From: Lama glama | Lineage: Eukaryota | Assembly: GCA_028534125.1 (NCBI GenBank) | Contig: CM052817.1 | Span: 87,670,001-87,734,000 of the forward strand | Direction of reading: 5' to 3' | DNA length: 64,000 nt | Shown: positions 11,501 through 23,519 of the stretch, in pieces | How positions within the stretch are numbered: the stretch's first letter is position 1 | Layout of the letters: every line of letters starts with the position of its first letter | The notes under the pieces: model-generated | What the model was told of the DNA's origin: nothing | The model's input: the letters and a program-made list of their open reading frames with translations, nothing else | Databases searched by the model: none | Position numbers and translations under genes: made by a program

Positions 11501-14425
11501 TAATTGCTTAGAAAAATAAGTAGGAGGTGCTCACCTATTGGGCTGGATGTAGCAATATTTGTAGATTTGACCCTTTTCCACATTCTGTAATGTTCTATGA
11601 CTGTCTATTTATCTTTTTATGTGTCCAGTGGAACACAAACAAAGAATGGCTTGCAGTTTCAGAAAGGCATGATGTTGAATGCCACGTTAAGTTGTTTGAA
11701 CTTTATAAGAATGGAGAGTATTGGAGAAAAAAAGTTAATAAGGAAGTAATATTTATTTGAGCTAAAACAGAATAACCTCTATGTCATTAAAAGGAGAAGT
11801 AAAACTCTGCACAAAACATTTTTTATCCTGGAGATTGAAGAAATTAAATTTGGACACTGAAGACTACTACTAAATGTTATAAAATTAATTAATATAAGGT
11901 TTGCTTTATACTTAGAAAGTAAAAGATGATTACTAGGGGATAAATTTAGATTCACTAAAAGCAAGCCATTTAATTTATTCATTTGTAAATTAATTTCTCT
12001 GTCCTTGATATATAACAAGCCTATAGCAAATTGTACATATTTTATGTATACAGCATAAAAAAAGTTTATAAATGGAAGTACTTATGTATCCATCATGGCG
12101 ATCAAGGTAAAAATATATGATTTAACTGTACTTGATGAATGTGAAGAAAAAATGTGTATGTGCACATTTGAGTCTTCTGGGGATAAAACTAAGAGAACTA
12201 AATTTTACTTTGGTCAAAAATCAGTCTGTCTGTTTCTCTCTCTCTCTTCACCCATTCATTCATCTATCCACCCATGTTGGAATAAATTGTGTCTAGAAAT
12301 AAAAAAATTTGTATGGTGGATGAGTTAGCCCTGTGAAATTTAAAATACAAATGATAGTACTCATACATTATGACAAAATGTAGAAATACTAAATTTGGAG
12401 ATGAAATTGGGAAAATATTACCAACAGAATAGGCAATATTTAGAAGAAAACTAGCTTATCTTAGAATATATACGTTCCCCCAAATTTTTTAATGCATGAA
12501 CTACTAAAGCAATCGGAAGCTTATATTTAGAATCTAAAGAAAGAATCAGCTAGAAATAAGTAAATTTTAAAAAGCAGGGTAATCTATGAAGTGACAGTGT
12601 AGTAAAGACTTAAAGATCTTTTTAAAAATCTTTAAAGGTAAGAAACTAGGAATCTCTTTCACAATGATTTTAGAATTAATGTTTGATATAATTATTAATA
12701 GTTTATGTTTATATCAAAACTATGCAAGAGCTCTCCCAGTTATAAAGTGAACAATTATTTCTCTTCATGGGAAAAAATCAATCAAAATTTGACTTATTTC
12801 AGAGAGGCTCAAAATAGATATGTTGGTCAAAATTTCAGAATTATAAATCAGTTCTGTTGTTAACAATAACTTACTCTTATGGAATTAATTCTTAGAAACT
12901 GGTATTACATATACATATGTGTATGCACACATACAACTTACCATACATTGATAATACAATTTCACATTTCTAATAAGAAAACTAAGTAACTGTAATACTG
13001 TTTGCTTTCACCTTCTCTTTTCATTTGTTTTTACCTTCAAGCTAATAGCTGAATTTATTCTCTTTACTTTTCTTTTCTTTGAAGATTAAAGACTTGCCTA
13101 GCTTTGTACTGCAGCTGCCTGGACAGTTGACAGCCCATTAAACTAAAGTCATACAAGCTGTACATTTTAACACCTTGATTCCAAAGTGCAACCAAAGTGC
13201 CTTTTTTATATGTAAGAACAGTACATTTCTGAAACATTTTGATATGGATACATAACAGTTTCATAAGTCTCTCTCAGCCTTTTGCCTTTTTAAAAAACAT
13301 TGAAGTCAACTAAGCTAATTAAAGTCTTTTTTCAGTCGGGACTTCTGAAGGAATTTTGGTGCATACAGAACATGTAATTCTGGTTTATTATTAACTCTGA
13401 AATAATTTTGAGAGTACAGTATATATAATTGCATAATCCTGACTTGATCATGGGATTGCCTAGTAATGGTTGAAAGTAATCACATCAAAAGTGTGAAAAA
13501 TTGAAACAAATGAACCTGGGGATGATCTAGCTTAATCAGTTTATGTGATGATGACTGTCATCATCATTCCCAATTCATGGCATTTAATTATTGTGTTCTT
13601 GTGATTTGAGAAAATGATGCCATTTTATATACATACTTCAAGATTCCATTGTACCATATTTTAACTAGTGGGGAAGATATTTCTCCACTCCGTATCCTAA
13701 CACCTCACAGACATTTGCAGGTCAAATTTGTCCTGTAAAAAGACTATCCTAATATTGTAGAGCAGGTAGCTTGCTTCCTGGTATATTTTTTATTCCCTTT
13801 AGCAATGTTTCAGCTGGAAATAAAATCAGCAGTAGAAAAAGTCAAATTTGCACAATTTTGTTGTGTTCCTAAAGCAAGGACGGCTTGTAAAAACAGGGTC
13901 ATTTCTTGAGTATCTCTTTACCAAGATATCCCTGTTTTAAAGATTTCCAAAGCGTGTGTCTTAAACAAGAGCTGGACTAGACTGCTGTGTAGAGCAGTGA
14001 TGGATGCTTGTTGTTATGTGGTCAGATTGCTTATTTAGATCTGAACAAAATAGTATTTCCCATCTCTCTTCCACTTAAAATTTCTCAACAAAGAATAAAT
14101 TGCTTTGCCCTTTATGTGCATATTTTCCACTTGGAAGCAGCCTACATCAATTCAAAAGTGTTAAATTTTTATGTTTTGGCACTACATAGATAAAAATTTA
14201 AATAAGTGGATAAAAGAAGCTGTGTGTTTTTTTATTTAAATGAAGAAGTGCTAAGGAAACAAGCAAATTTGACACAAATAGCAATACTTGTAAATACAAA
14301 CTTAACAAGACTAAATTACAATAGCATGTTTTCCAAAGCAATTGAACATAGAAATTATTTTTAACAAATGCTCAAAGTAAATTGAGGACTTGAGAAAATA
14401 AGCTAAATATTTTGCAGAGAATGAT

Positions 14426-14691
14426 CAAAACAGCAGGCATTTCTATTTTCATTTTTACTTATTAAATGAATCAAGTGGTAAAGATGTGAAACTGTTGAAC
14501 ACTAAGTGGAATTTAGTATATATGTTAAATGCCACATGTTACTTTTGGCTTTGAAATTTCATTCAGAGAGAAAATACGCTTTGTAGAATAATTTTTAAAA
14601 AGCAGTCATATTTTTTGTCTCCTTCAGTGCATTGACATTCATTTGTAGTTTTGTATCAATTCATCCTATTAAGCTCAATTTAGGAATATTT
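14426..14691. repeat. Local dispersed duplication, copy 1 (pairs with 16643-16905)
   Basis: Co-linear shared blocks: AGGCATTTCTATTT, GATGTGAAACT, GAACACTAAGTGGAATTTAGT, TGAAATTTCA, GCAGTCATA, CTTCAGT.CATTGA.ATTCA, TATCAATT, TTAAGC.CAATTTA. Confidence 0.92.
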
Positions 14692-15756
14692 CCTGAGTTG
14701 TTACTTTGTATAAGACAAAATGTTCAGAAAATACACTACCAAAATAGGTCTTCTCATTTTCTTATTTCTGTTACAGAATTAGGTAGCAGTTGCAATTAAT
14801 GTCAAACATAGCTGGAAGCCCGCTATTTTTGTGCAAACAATAACATATCTCATTCTCTCTGCAGCCTCTATAGATTATAAAATAGATTTAAAAAATAAGA
14901 TTTGTACTGTGATCATGTTTTATATATTATAAGTAAAGCTAAGTTTAAAAAATGCATTCTGGGATAATATATTTTCAAAGTATTTGTGGGAATATTTTAG
15001 TCAATTTCTTAACTTTTCTATGACTACCAAATTAGATGTTACTAATTGCTCATAGTTATTTTTAAATGTCTAGCCAAGAGACCTCAATACAGCAACTCAT
15101 TATTTAACTTGTTCATTTTGACATTATTTGAGACACCTATTCAATGCTATTGAATTGAATATACTTATTATTAAACAATTTTATGACTGTAATTTTGTTT
15201 CTGTTTCCTCTACCATTTTTATAGTTAGTGATTACTCACAATTATATCCTAAACCCAGTATAATTCTTTTGGTACTCAAATCCCAACTTCATGCTTTCCA
15301 AACCATCAGCACTTTTTCCCATAATTCTAGGAATTAGTTAAAATTACTCAGTGATCAATACTTCTTTTAATACTGTAGAAATTTACTTGCTAACACATTT
15401 CTCCCATATGTAAATTTTAAAAACGTAACAACAAAAAGTTACAACAGCTAACAATAACTCTTGTATTTTATGCATCCATGTACACATTTCATGATGTCTC
15501 ATTAGTTCATGACATGAATGCAGCTTATTAATTCACTGAGTTATCCATTACCTATTGTTTGACCTCAAAGCTTCTCTCTCCCTCCCTTCATCTTGAGGGT
15601 TTTGTGAGTTCTGCCATTTCCTTACAAGATGTTACTCCCTGTCCACTCCCCTCTCATCTACAGTGGCCACATCCTACCATTGCTAGCACATTCCCCAAGG
15701 TGTATCTTCCCACTGGTTTCCTTTTAATGCAACAAAGAAAAACATACGTCTCTTGG

Positions 15757-15799
15757 TCTCTCTCTCTCTCTTCCTCTCTCTCTCTCTCCCTCTCTCTCT
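15757..15799. repeat. Imperfect (TC)n microsatellite
   Basis: Direct reading; an all-pyrimidine tract of ~43 bp. Confidence 0.9.
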
Positions 15800-16185
15800 A
15801 ATTCTCTTTCTACTAGAGTTTAAGGTATTCAATGTGTGTCCTGTCTGCCAGCCCTAGTCTTGCCAAGCGAGGGAAGCCACAGCAAAGCAATGAGATAGGA
15901 GAGATTTGACCAAATCAACAGAGAAGTAGGGGTGAGGAATTGAAAAAAAGTCTTGGTGCTATATAAGCCCTAGAGGCCAATACTATGGAAACCCAGTTGA
16001 ATTCCTGCTCTTTCCATAAATGTGCAACCTCTCCTGGCTGTTCATGGGCATTTACATCAAGGCTCATGTGAATGAACTTTCTGTCACTTTCAGTATAGCT
16101 GCCATAACTTTTTCCGTCCAAGTATTCTGTCAGATTAATTTCCCTAAAATATCTCCTTTATGGTGATGATAATTTTCTGAAGCTA

Positions 16186-16275
16186 AGCAGTGGAGATGGT
16201 TGCAAAACTTTGAATATACATAAAACCATAAATTGTACATTTAAAGAGTGTAAATTTTTGGTATGGAAATTTATA
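16186..16275 (+). mobile_element. Old L1 (L1MB/MC-like) extreme 3' end
   Basis: AGTGGAGATGGTTGCAAAACTTTGAATATACATAAAACCATAAATTGTACATTTAAAGAGTGTAAATTTTTGGTATG is the classic L1M tail. Confidence 0.75.
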
Positions 16276-16395
16276 TATATATATAATTTTTATATATATA
16301 TATATGGTGAGATTTTATATATATATAAAATATATATATAAATATATATATAAATATATATATAAAAAAATATATATATATATAAAATCTCACCA
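16272..16395. repeat. (TA)n-rich tract containing a 23-bp perfect inverted repeat
   Basis: TGGTGAGATTTTATATATATATA (16305-16327) is the reverse complement of 16373-16395, with a 45-bp A/T-only spacer. Confidence 0.95.
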
Positions 16396-16642
16396 CCTCA
16401 TTATTTTCTTTCTTTAAACCAGATATTTACCAGAGCTTTGACTTATTTTCAGATGCAACTCAGATTTTTCATTCTGTCATTTAACACCCTTCTCCTTGAA
16501 AACGATTTAATTTCAAGTATGCATTTCTCTTCTGTCCATTAAGGCCTTTTCATTATCCTATAAGAATCAAATGCTATTTCCCACACTCCTTGCTGGCTTC
16601 CCAACAAAACTATACTAATCTTTTTAATGATATTCTCATTTA

Positions 16643-16905
16643 CAAAAGCAGTAGGCATTTCTATTTCCATTTTTATTTATTAAATACCGATGATGTGAAA
16701 CTACTGAACACTAAGTGGAATTTAGTTGATGTTAATTGTTACATCTCATTTGTGACTCTGAAATTTCACTGAGGGAGACAATGTTTTTTTTTTTTGGTTG
16801 AGTAATTTAAAAAGGCAGTCATAGTCTTTTGACCTCTTCAGTACATTGATATTCACATGTCATTTTATATCAATTTATTATCTTAAGCCCAATTTATAAA
16901 TATTT
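16643..16905. repeat. Local dispersed duplication, copy 2 (pairs with 14426-14691)
   Basis: Same orientation as copy 1, 2.2 kb downstream; see the shared blocks listed for copy 1. Confidence 0.92.
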
Positions 16906-17084
16906 ACAAAATATTTCTGTTATACTAGTTCACATTTATTTTTCTTTAATTTCATCTGCAACAGCATATTCATCTGTACCAACTTATTTTGATAAAATAT
17001 TATTAAATAATTTTTAAAATAAGTGAAATCAAATGAGGAATTAAAAATACTTGTCTATTTTTTTTCAAAAATTATTACTTAGAT

Positions 17085-17785
17085 CTTGTGGATAAGGAGT
17101 TGGCTCCAGGCCAAAATCCTAGGTGTGATTTTTTTTTTTTTTTTTCCTTTCAGGCTCCACTGTAGGGAATGACAAAGGATTTACTTGGCAAGCCTTATAG
17201 GGAAATACTGCCTTCCTCACATCAGGCTTGGGGCACAGCCAGTGGAGGGCACTCTCAGGAGGCAGTGGCAATCAAGAACTCAAGTCCTCCTGGCTTATTG
17301 TGTTTTTATGGTATCTGTATTCCAAGCCCAGCTGCCTCCACTTGGAAGTCTTCTTACTGAAGGCGTTTGGTCATGATCTTCCTCAAGTGCCTCTGCTGAG
17401 ACCTTCTCAGGAGGCAAAGGTGGGGAATTTCACAAACATTTTTCCCTACTCTGACTCAGTACTCAATCATTTTCCCCTCCTAAGCCTTCCCCACACTGGA
17501 CCCTGAGTTGGAGTCCATAAAATGGGAGGAGGCATTTTTTTTTTCCCCAGGGCTCCTTCATCAGTGAGACATTCTCCAATGCTGCCCAGATCCTTGACAC
17601 TAGCCTTGCACTCTTCCATGGAGAAAAATGGGAATATTGGGACAGGAACTTTCTCCAGTTCAGCCTCCTGCTGATACTGTCACGGTGATTAAACGCATCA
17701 TTGTTCCTTCCTTTGGCTTGTTTATTTAATCAGCTACACCAACCTGGCAGCTCCCCTCTCTCCAGCTCAGCTCTGCTCTTGACAG
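17085..17785. mobile_element. Unclassified GC-richer block, possibly an old LTR or L1 5' remnant
   Basis: Sharp compositional shift bounded roughly by TG...CA; family not recognised. Confidence 0.3.
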
Positions 17786-18139
17786 TATCTTTGTGACAGT
17801 TAATTAGTATTTAGCAGATCCAAAATAAGTAATTCCAAAAAAATGAATGGAAAGTTATTTGTTGTCTACTTCTCTTTAATTTGTCTGCGTTGATCTTTCC
17901 CTGATTTTGTATTTGTTAGGCTTGTACACATAACATTGACAAGGATAATATTAGAAATTTCTTCCTTGCTATTATAAACCCAGGTCTGTTCTTAGCTGTG
18001 CTACTTTAACTCAAATTGAGGGTTTTTTTATGATTTTTGGATATTGTTTTAAGACTGTATTTAACTATTTAAATATTAAGTCTTTTTTAATCTAAGATTT
18101 AAAAAAATCTCATTAATTTTAAAATCTTTTAAATGTGTT

Positions 18140-18455
18140 TTCTTCATTTTATTGAGATACAATTGACACACAGCACTGTATAATTTTAAGGTATACACCA
18201 TAATGATTTGACTTACATGCATCATGAAATGATTACTGCATTAAGTTTAATGAACATCCATCATATCATGACGATATAAAAGAAAAAGAAAAAAAATCAT
18301 TTTTTCTTTGTATGACAACACTTAGAATTTACTTTCTTAACAAATTTCATATATAACATACAGCAGTGTTAATTGTATTAAGCATGTTGTCCATTACATC
18401 CCTAATCTTATTTTTATCTTATAACTGGAAATTTATACTTTTAGACCACCTTCAT
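18140..18455 (-). mobile_element. 5'-truncated LINE-1 3' end, same family as 1574-1935
   Basis: Co-linear with 1574-1935 (TTTTATTGAGATA, CATAATGATTTGACTTA, CATCATGAAATGATTA, GCAGTGTTAATT, ACTGGAA). No clear TSD. Confidence 0.9.
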
Positions 18456-20016
18456 AGTTATTTTTTATAGCTAAGATTTGCTCAAGTAATTCAAATTAAA
18501 TTATATCCACTTATGCTTGATGATGATTTTGCTAGTCATGTAAGATTATTTTGGTTTTTGTTATTTTGTTATTTATATGAAATATTTTATTGCAGTTCAA
18601 TTCTTAATTCTTTCAGAAATGTGTTGAACTTAAGTGCTGTAGATCTGTCCTCAAGTGTGATCCACATATAATGGAAATTAAAAAGTTTATCTAAGAACAC
18701 TGGTGTTGGAGCTTTCTAAAATACTTTAGAACATCTATCAAATTCTGACTTTCATTCAGAATTGAGAGTATTTTAAAGTTAGTAGATCTGGATGGCTTAC
18801 CAAGAGAAATAAAGTTTGAAGTGTCTTCAGTTAACACTTCAAGTTGAAAAGTGAATGATGCATCAATTTGTACTATGCTTGGATAACTTGTCCAAATTCA
18901 ACAAGAAACAGAACGTGAATAGCTGCAAAGAAAATCTTTCAAAGGATCTTTCAGCTATGTTGTCTTTAGCTCAACATGGCAAGTGCTAAATAAAATCTTT
19001 GTGTCAAGCAAAATATATCCTGTCATCCACTTACTCAGTAATTCTACTAATCATGCAACATTTATCAAAACACAGGCACCAGCTTATGCATGTGCACACA
19101 TGATCTCTAAAAACCCACAGTACTTTACATATGCTCTCAAAGTCTTTGAAGTCATTAAACTCTGCTTCTTCTAAGTGTTTAGGACAACAGTCCAATGAAG
19201 ACTGCTCCCAGTTCACCTGCTGACACTGTAATGTGCACCTTATTTTGTGTGCAACTCAGCTACCAGCATTGAGAAAGAAATCCTTGTTTTCAGGAAGTTT
19301 CTTTTTTAACATTTGTTTGGCAATTGTTATGACAAGTTATCTTTGCTCCAGTTTATTTGATGTTAGCAGTTTTTGCATGTATATGAGGAACAATAGCAAA
19401 AAATACTTATTAGAATTACATAATCATGACTCATCCTTCCATTTTCATTATGCTTTACATATTACTGAGAAAAGAAATTTAAAGTTAAATTTGCTTTAAA
19501 CATTTCTGATAAAGTAAGTCCCAGAAAACTGAGCCATTAAAGGTCACATATAAAACTATAACCACAATCTTCATAACTAATTGCTCATTCAGAAGTAAGC
19601 TTCATAAAACCAACTCTTCTAACAGTCCAGTAAGTTTTTTTCTTAATGTTTATCAATATTCCGCATTGAATGATAGTAAAAGAATGACTTTTAAAAATTA
19701 GACATAAAGGTTAAATTTAGAAAATTACTATTTTAAATTAAAAATAATATCTAATATGTACAAAATCTTAATATCAGAAGTAATTGCAAACATAACTTTT
19801 TTCTTCAAGGTTCAGATGTCAAATGATATGTTCTACTCACTTATACTTTGAATTGTATTCTTTCATATTTTTGTTTTATTCAACCGATAGCTAAAAATAA
19901 TTTTTCTTTACAAGAAGGATAGCAGTATGTTAAGCACTAATTTGTTATCCACTTATACAAATTTGAGTCAGTACTCAGCATTTATTAAATATTATACATT
20001 ATTATACATTATACTC

Positions 20017-20121
20017 GAGAAAGAACATGCATTTGGATTTCCAAACCCAGCTTTGCCCCTTGGCCCTTGTTACTTTAAGCAAGTTAGTTTTAACATCCCC
20101 ATGACTCAGTTTCCTCACTAA
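20017..20121 (+). mobile_element. MIR fragment
   Basis: CAAACCCAGCTTTGCCCCTT...TTACTTTAAGCAAGTTA...GACTCAGTTTCCTCA matches the MIR core. Confidence 0.7.
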
Positions 20122-20579
20122 GGCTTTTTTAAATCAGCTAGTACATTTGAAACACTGGCAAATAAAATGACTGCCTCTGTTCATTTATGTATATAAGGTC
20201 TGGAAATAACAGCATAAAGTACTTAGACATAAGATTCTGTTTCATTAATCATGCTTAAGATCCTTATGTGTATATATACTAATCTAAACTAAATATAAAC
20301 TTTTATTCAGTAAATGATAGATGCTAAAACCAAACTGTTGAACCCATTTACCATTACCCAAAGCAATATGATATCTGCATCAGCTTGCAGCCCAAACTGT
20401 ACCCCATATACCATCTTCTGTTCAAATAGAAAAAAATTACATCTTTGGAAAAATATCTTTAGCTGGGTTTCAACTAATCTTTTCAGGCCATACTACCAAA
20501 CTGTGAATGATTTCATGTTTTTTTAATTTGTGGATTAACAATTGAATTCTACATTACTCATTTCTCCATAGTGTGATAT

Positions 20580-20655
20580 TTTTAAAATGCAGTTTTGTGG
20601 ACATCACTCACAGAAAATCCAATTCAGTAGATTTTAGGTGGTTCCTGGGATGTAA
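20580..20655. mobile_element. MER5-like (hAT-Charlie) fragment
   Basis: TTAAAATGCAG...CAGAAAATCCAATTCAGTAGATTTTAGGTGGTTCCTGGGA. Confidence 0.45.
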
Positions 20656-21207
20656 AAAAATCTGATGGCTAATTTGGGGGCTTTTCACCTGGAAACCATA
20701 AATGTGTTAGCTGATTGTTTATGCAGTAGAAATATTTCACACATCCTAGACATTAATGGATTTTCTTCAACATAAATAGGCATGAAGTTTTTGCTTATTT
20801 AATTAGTTTTTGTTTTTGTTTGTAAAGGTTCTTGGGAAGAGTGATACAAATTTGTGTCATCCAAAGGTAAGTCTACAGGAAGTAACAAAAAGCTACCATG
20901 AATAATTATTATCTTCAAATTTTGTGAGATTAGACCATAATCATCAGCCCTTAGATTCTGATAGAGTTTAGAAAATGTAAATGGGAACCTCAAAGAGGAT
21001 TAACATTTTGAAATATGAAAATCAAGCAAGATGAAATTTATTCTTTATTCAATTTTTAAAAGGAAAAACTGCAGGACAATTTAAATAGTCTTCAAGTATG
21101 GGGGAGATGGGAGATTAAGGCTTTACTCTCTGAGTCTTAACTTGTCTCATCATGAAGTGGTAAAATTAAAATAGGTAAGCAATACAATGTAAATGACCAA
21201 GTGAAGG

Positions 21208-21298
21208 GACTTTGTGTTTTTCGCCCCTATAGCTCCAGAACCTAGTAAATGTATAATGTATCATATGTTCTTAATAAATATTTATTGAATAAATGAAA
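21208..21298 (+). mobile_element. L2 3' end fragment
   Basis: CTATAGCTCCAGAACCTAG...CTTAATAAATATTTATTGAATAAATGAA. Confidence 0.7.
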
Positions 21299-22148
21299 CT
21301 ACATATACTAAAATAAATGGTTCCAAATTTGTCCAATGTGAGTTAAGGAGAAAAAATACATTTGTCCTACATTTTGGGGATTTTGTTTCTAGCCTAGTCT
21401 CTTCTAAGAGAGAGTAATACAATTATTAGTTATTTTACTGACATTATCAGAAAAATTTTAAATAAATTTAATATTATGTGTTTGTTTTTTCAAATTATTT
21501 TGTCAGTCTTTCATTGAAAGTTACAAGATAAAGGTTCGGAGGAGATATATATTTACATATATTTATTTATATTTACCAACTTTGTATATTTATTGTGCAT
21601 TTCAAAAATCTGAATGTCGTCACTGACATTTAAAAATATATTCAATAGCATCATTTGAATAAAATATTTAAGCCAACCCATTTACATTTCCCTAAATATT
21701 AACTTTTATTAAGTAAACAAAATCTATATACATATTGTTACAGTTTCTATTGAAATCAGTAGAATTTAACATTTAAACCTATGCAGAAACTATTGAAGGA
21801 CACCAATAAATCCCACATGCCCCAAATGACAGTCCTCTGGCCACAAGAATTCTTGAATTCTTTCAATGGCATTATTATTGGCATTCTTTTTTGAAACTTT
21901 GTGCATTTTACCTAGGTTAATCACTAGAACCCTCTCTAGGAATAACATATATTGGTTTGCTTCTGGTCTATTAGCATTGACTCTCACCCAACAGACCAGA
22001 AAGCTGAGGGAAAGCGAAGACAGGAATGTGTGTAGACAGCTCTGTGCAGGGAGAAGAGGGTAGTATCACTGCTAAAGGCTCACTATACAAATGGCTCCCT
22101 CCTCTCCCTTGCTGCCCAGGGCAAGCGCGAGTTTTGTTAATCTGTATA

Positions 22149-22247
22149 AATTGGTGTGCTAGCACATGCTTTAACACCTGGCTCTCTGGAAGATAAGCCC
22201 TGATTTGTAGTGTTTGCCAATTTCTAATGTGAAAATATTCTCACTAT
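22149..22247 (+). mobile_element. MER63-like (hAT-Blackjack) terminal fragment
   Basis: TGGTGTGCTAG...TTTAACACCTGGCTCTCTGG...AAGCCCTGATTTGTAGTGTTTGCCAATTTC matches the recalled MER63 5' end. Confidence 0.7.
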
Positions 22248-22980
22248 TTTTCCATGTTAGCCACTGTCAAGCAAGCTTACTTAAATTATGGACTGTTCTT
22301 CTACAGACTATTGTTTAATGTCTGTTTCTTACACTACAGTATAAACATTAAGCCCCAGGGTGGCACAATATAGACAACAAAAGAAGAAACAAAATTTCAC
22401 TGTTAGAAAAGTAGAATTCCAACTAAGTGATCATACATGAACCTTATTATTTTACAGTAATGTTGCCTTGAAGGTATGACTAAAAGAAATACAATTCTAG
22501 AAAAATATCCTGCAAAACCAGCAGTGCCTGAAGGAGACAGTGATTAAGAAATCCAGAAGAGACTACACTATAGAATTTCCTACATATTAACTATAATAAA
22601 TGTTTTCATTCAAGGAAAAATGTTAGAAAGAAAAAAAAAAACAAATAATCATTGAGCTGAGAACAGGTAGACCATTTTTTAGCCAGGAGCAAATATGTAA
22701 TACAGAGATATAAATCTCTCCCAAAGGGTGTTGAATGATGAAATCCCTTGGGGGTAAAGTGTACCAACGGCAATTTACTACCTCACATAAAGTGTTGCGT
22801 TGCGTATTTTTAACAAATACTTTCTAAAACGTTCAGACTTGGGTGAATGAAATGAGAAGAGAGTAAGGAAATGGAGGTTATATTTCCTTAGTGTTTAGTA
22901 CAATTTATTATCTTTACCCAAAGTACAATGGTTTTCTCTTTATCACCTTTGTTGAAAGATATTATTAAGAAAGTTCTGGA

Positions 22981-23437
22981 GAGAGAAAAAAATGTAGGTT
23001 TTGAAAAATCACATTAGCTTGAAACCTAGTCTAAATTATTCGCTTTGTTACTTTGGCAAAATTGCCTAACGTCTCTGAAGTTCCATTTCCTTAACTATAG
23101 AGTATGACAACGATAATCGCTATATGGTATGTTTCTTCTGTTTTTCAAGTTATGATAATAATTTTATAAACCTTTCTCATTACGTTTTCAAACAATGAGA
23201 GATCCATGAACTATTTTGCCAACTGTAACAGATGAAAAATCTGGGACACAGAGCAGCTAAATTCCCTACTGAACGTCACAGAGCAAACAAGTGGCATAGA
23301 AGAGCTTGAATTCAGGGATCTGATTACATATCTCAGGTTCTTAATCCCCTCCCATATCTGATAATATCTGCTAGAGAATTAAATGGATGTGAAATGCTAG
23401 CATTGTGCTTAGTACCTGGTAGGAAATTAATAACTAC
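22981..23437. mobile_element. MIR (+) interrupted by an inverted MIR (-, ~23160-23356)
   Basis: The + core TTACTTTGGCAAAATTGCCTAACGTCTCTGAAGTTCCATTTCC is followed by the - core ACAGATGAAAAATCTGGGACACAGAG...GTCACAGAGC. The + tail then resumes at GAGAATTAAATG...GTGCTTAGTACCTGGTAG. Confidence 0.65.
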
Positions 23438-23519
23438 TGAATAGTTTCTATATTTCTAAAGGTTCTATGCTGAAAGAATGCATAGCATTTTTATTTTAAA
23501 TAATCATCATAAATATTCT

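Noticed and set aside
15555..16060. Possible old LTR around the (TC)n tract
   Set aside because: GC-richer with a TATATAA word, but no family, termini or TSD could be supported.
22764..22785. let-7-like sequence on the minus strand (TGAGGTAGTAAATTGCCGTTGG) / let-7 site on the + strand
   Set aside because: Only the first 10 nt match exactly, there is no complementary star arm to form a pre-miRNA hairpin, and no 3'UTR context is evident; compatible with chance.
22734..22840. Box C (ATGATGA) of a C/D snoRNA
   Set aside because: No CTGA box D at a suitable distance and no terminal stem.
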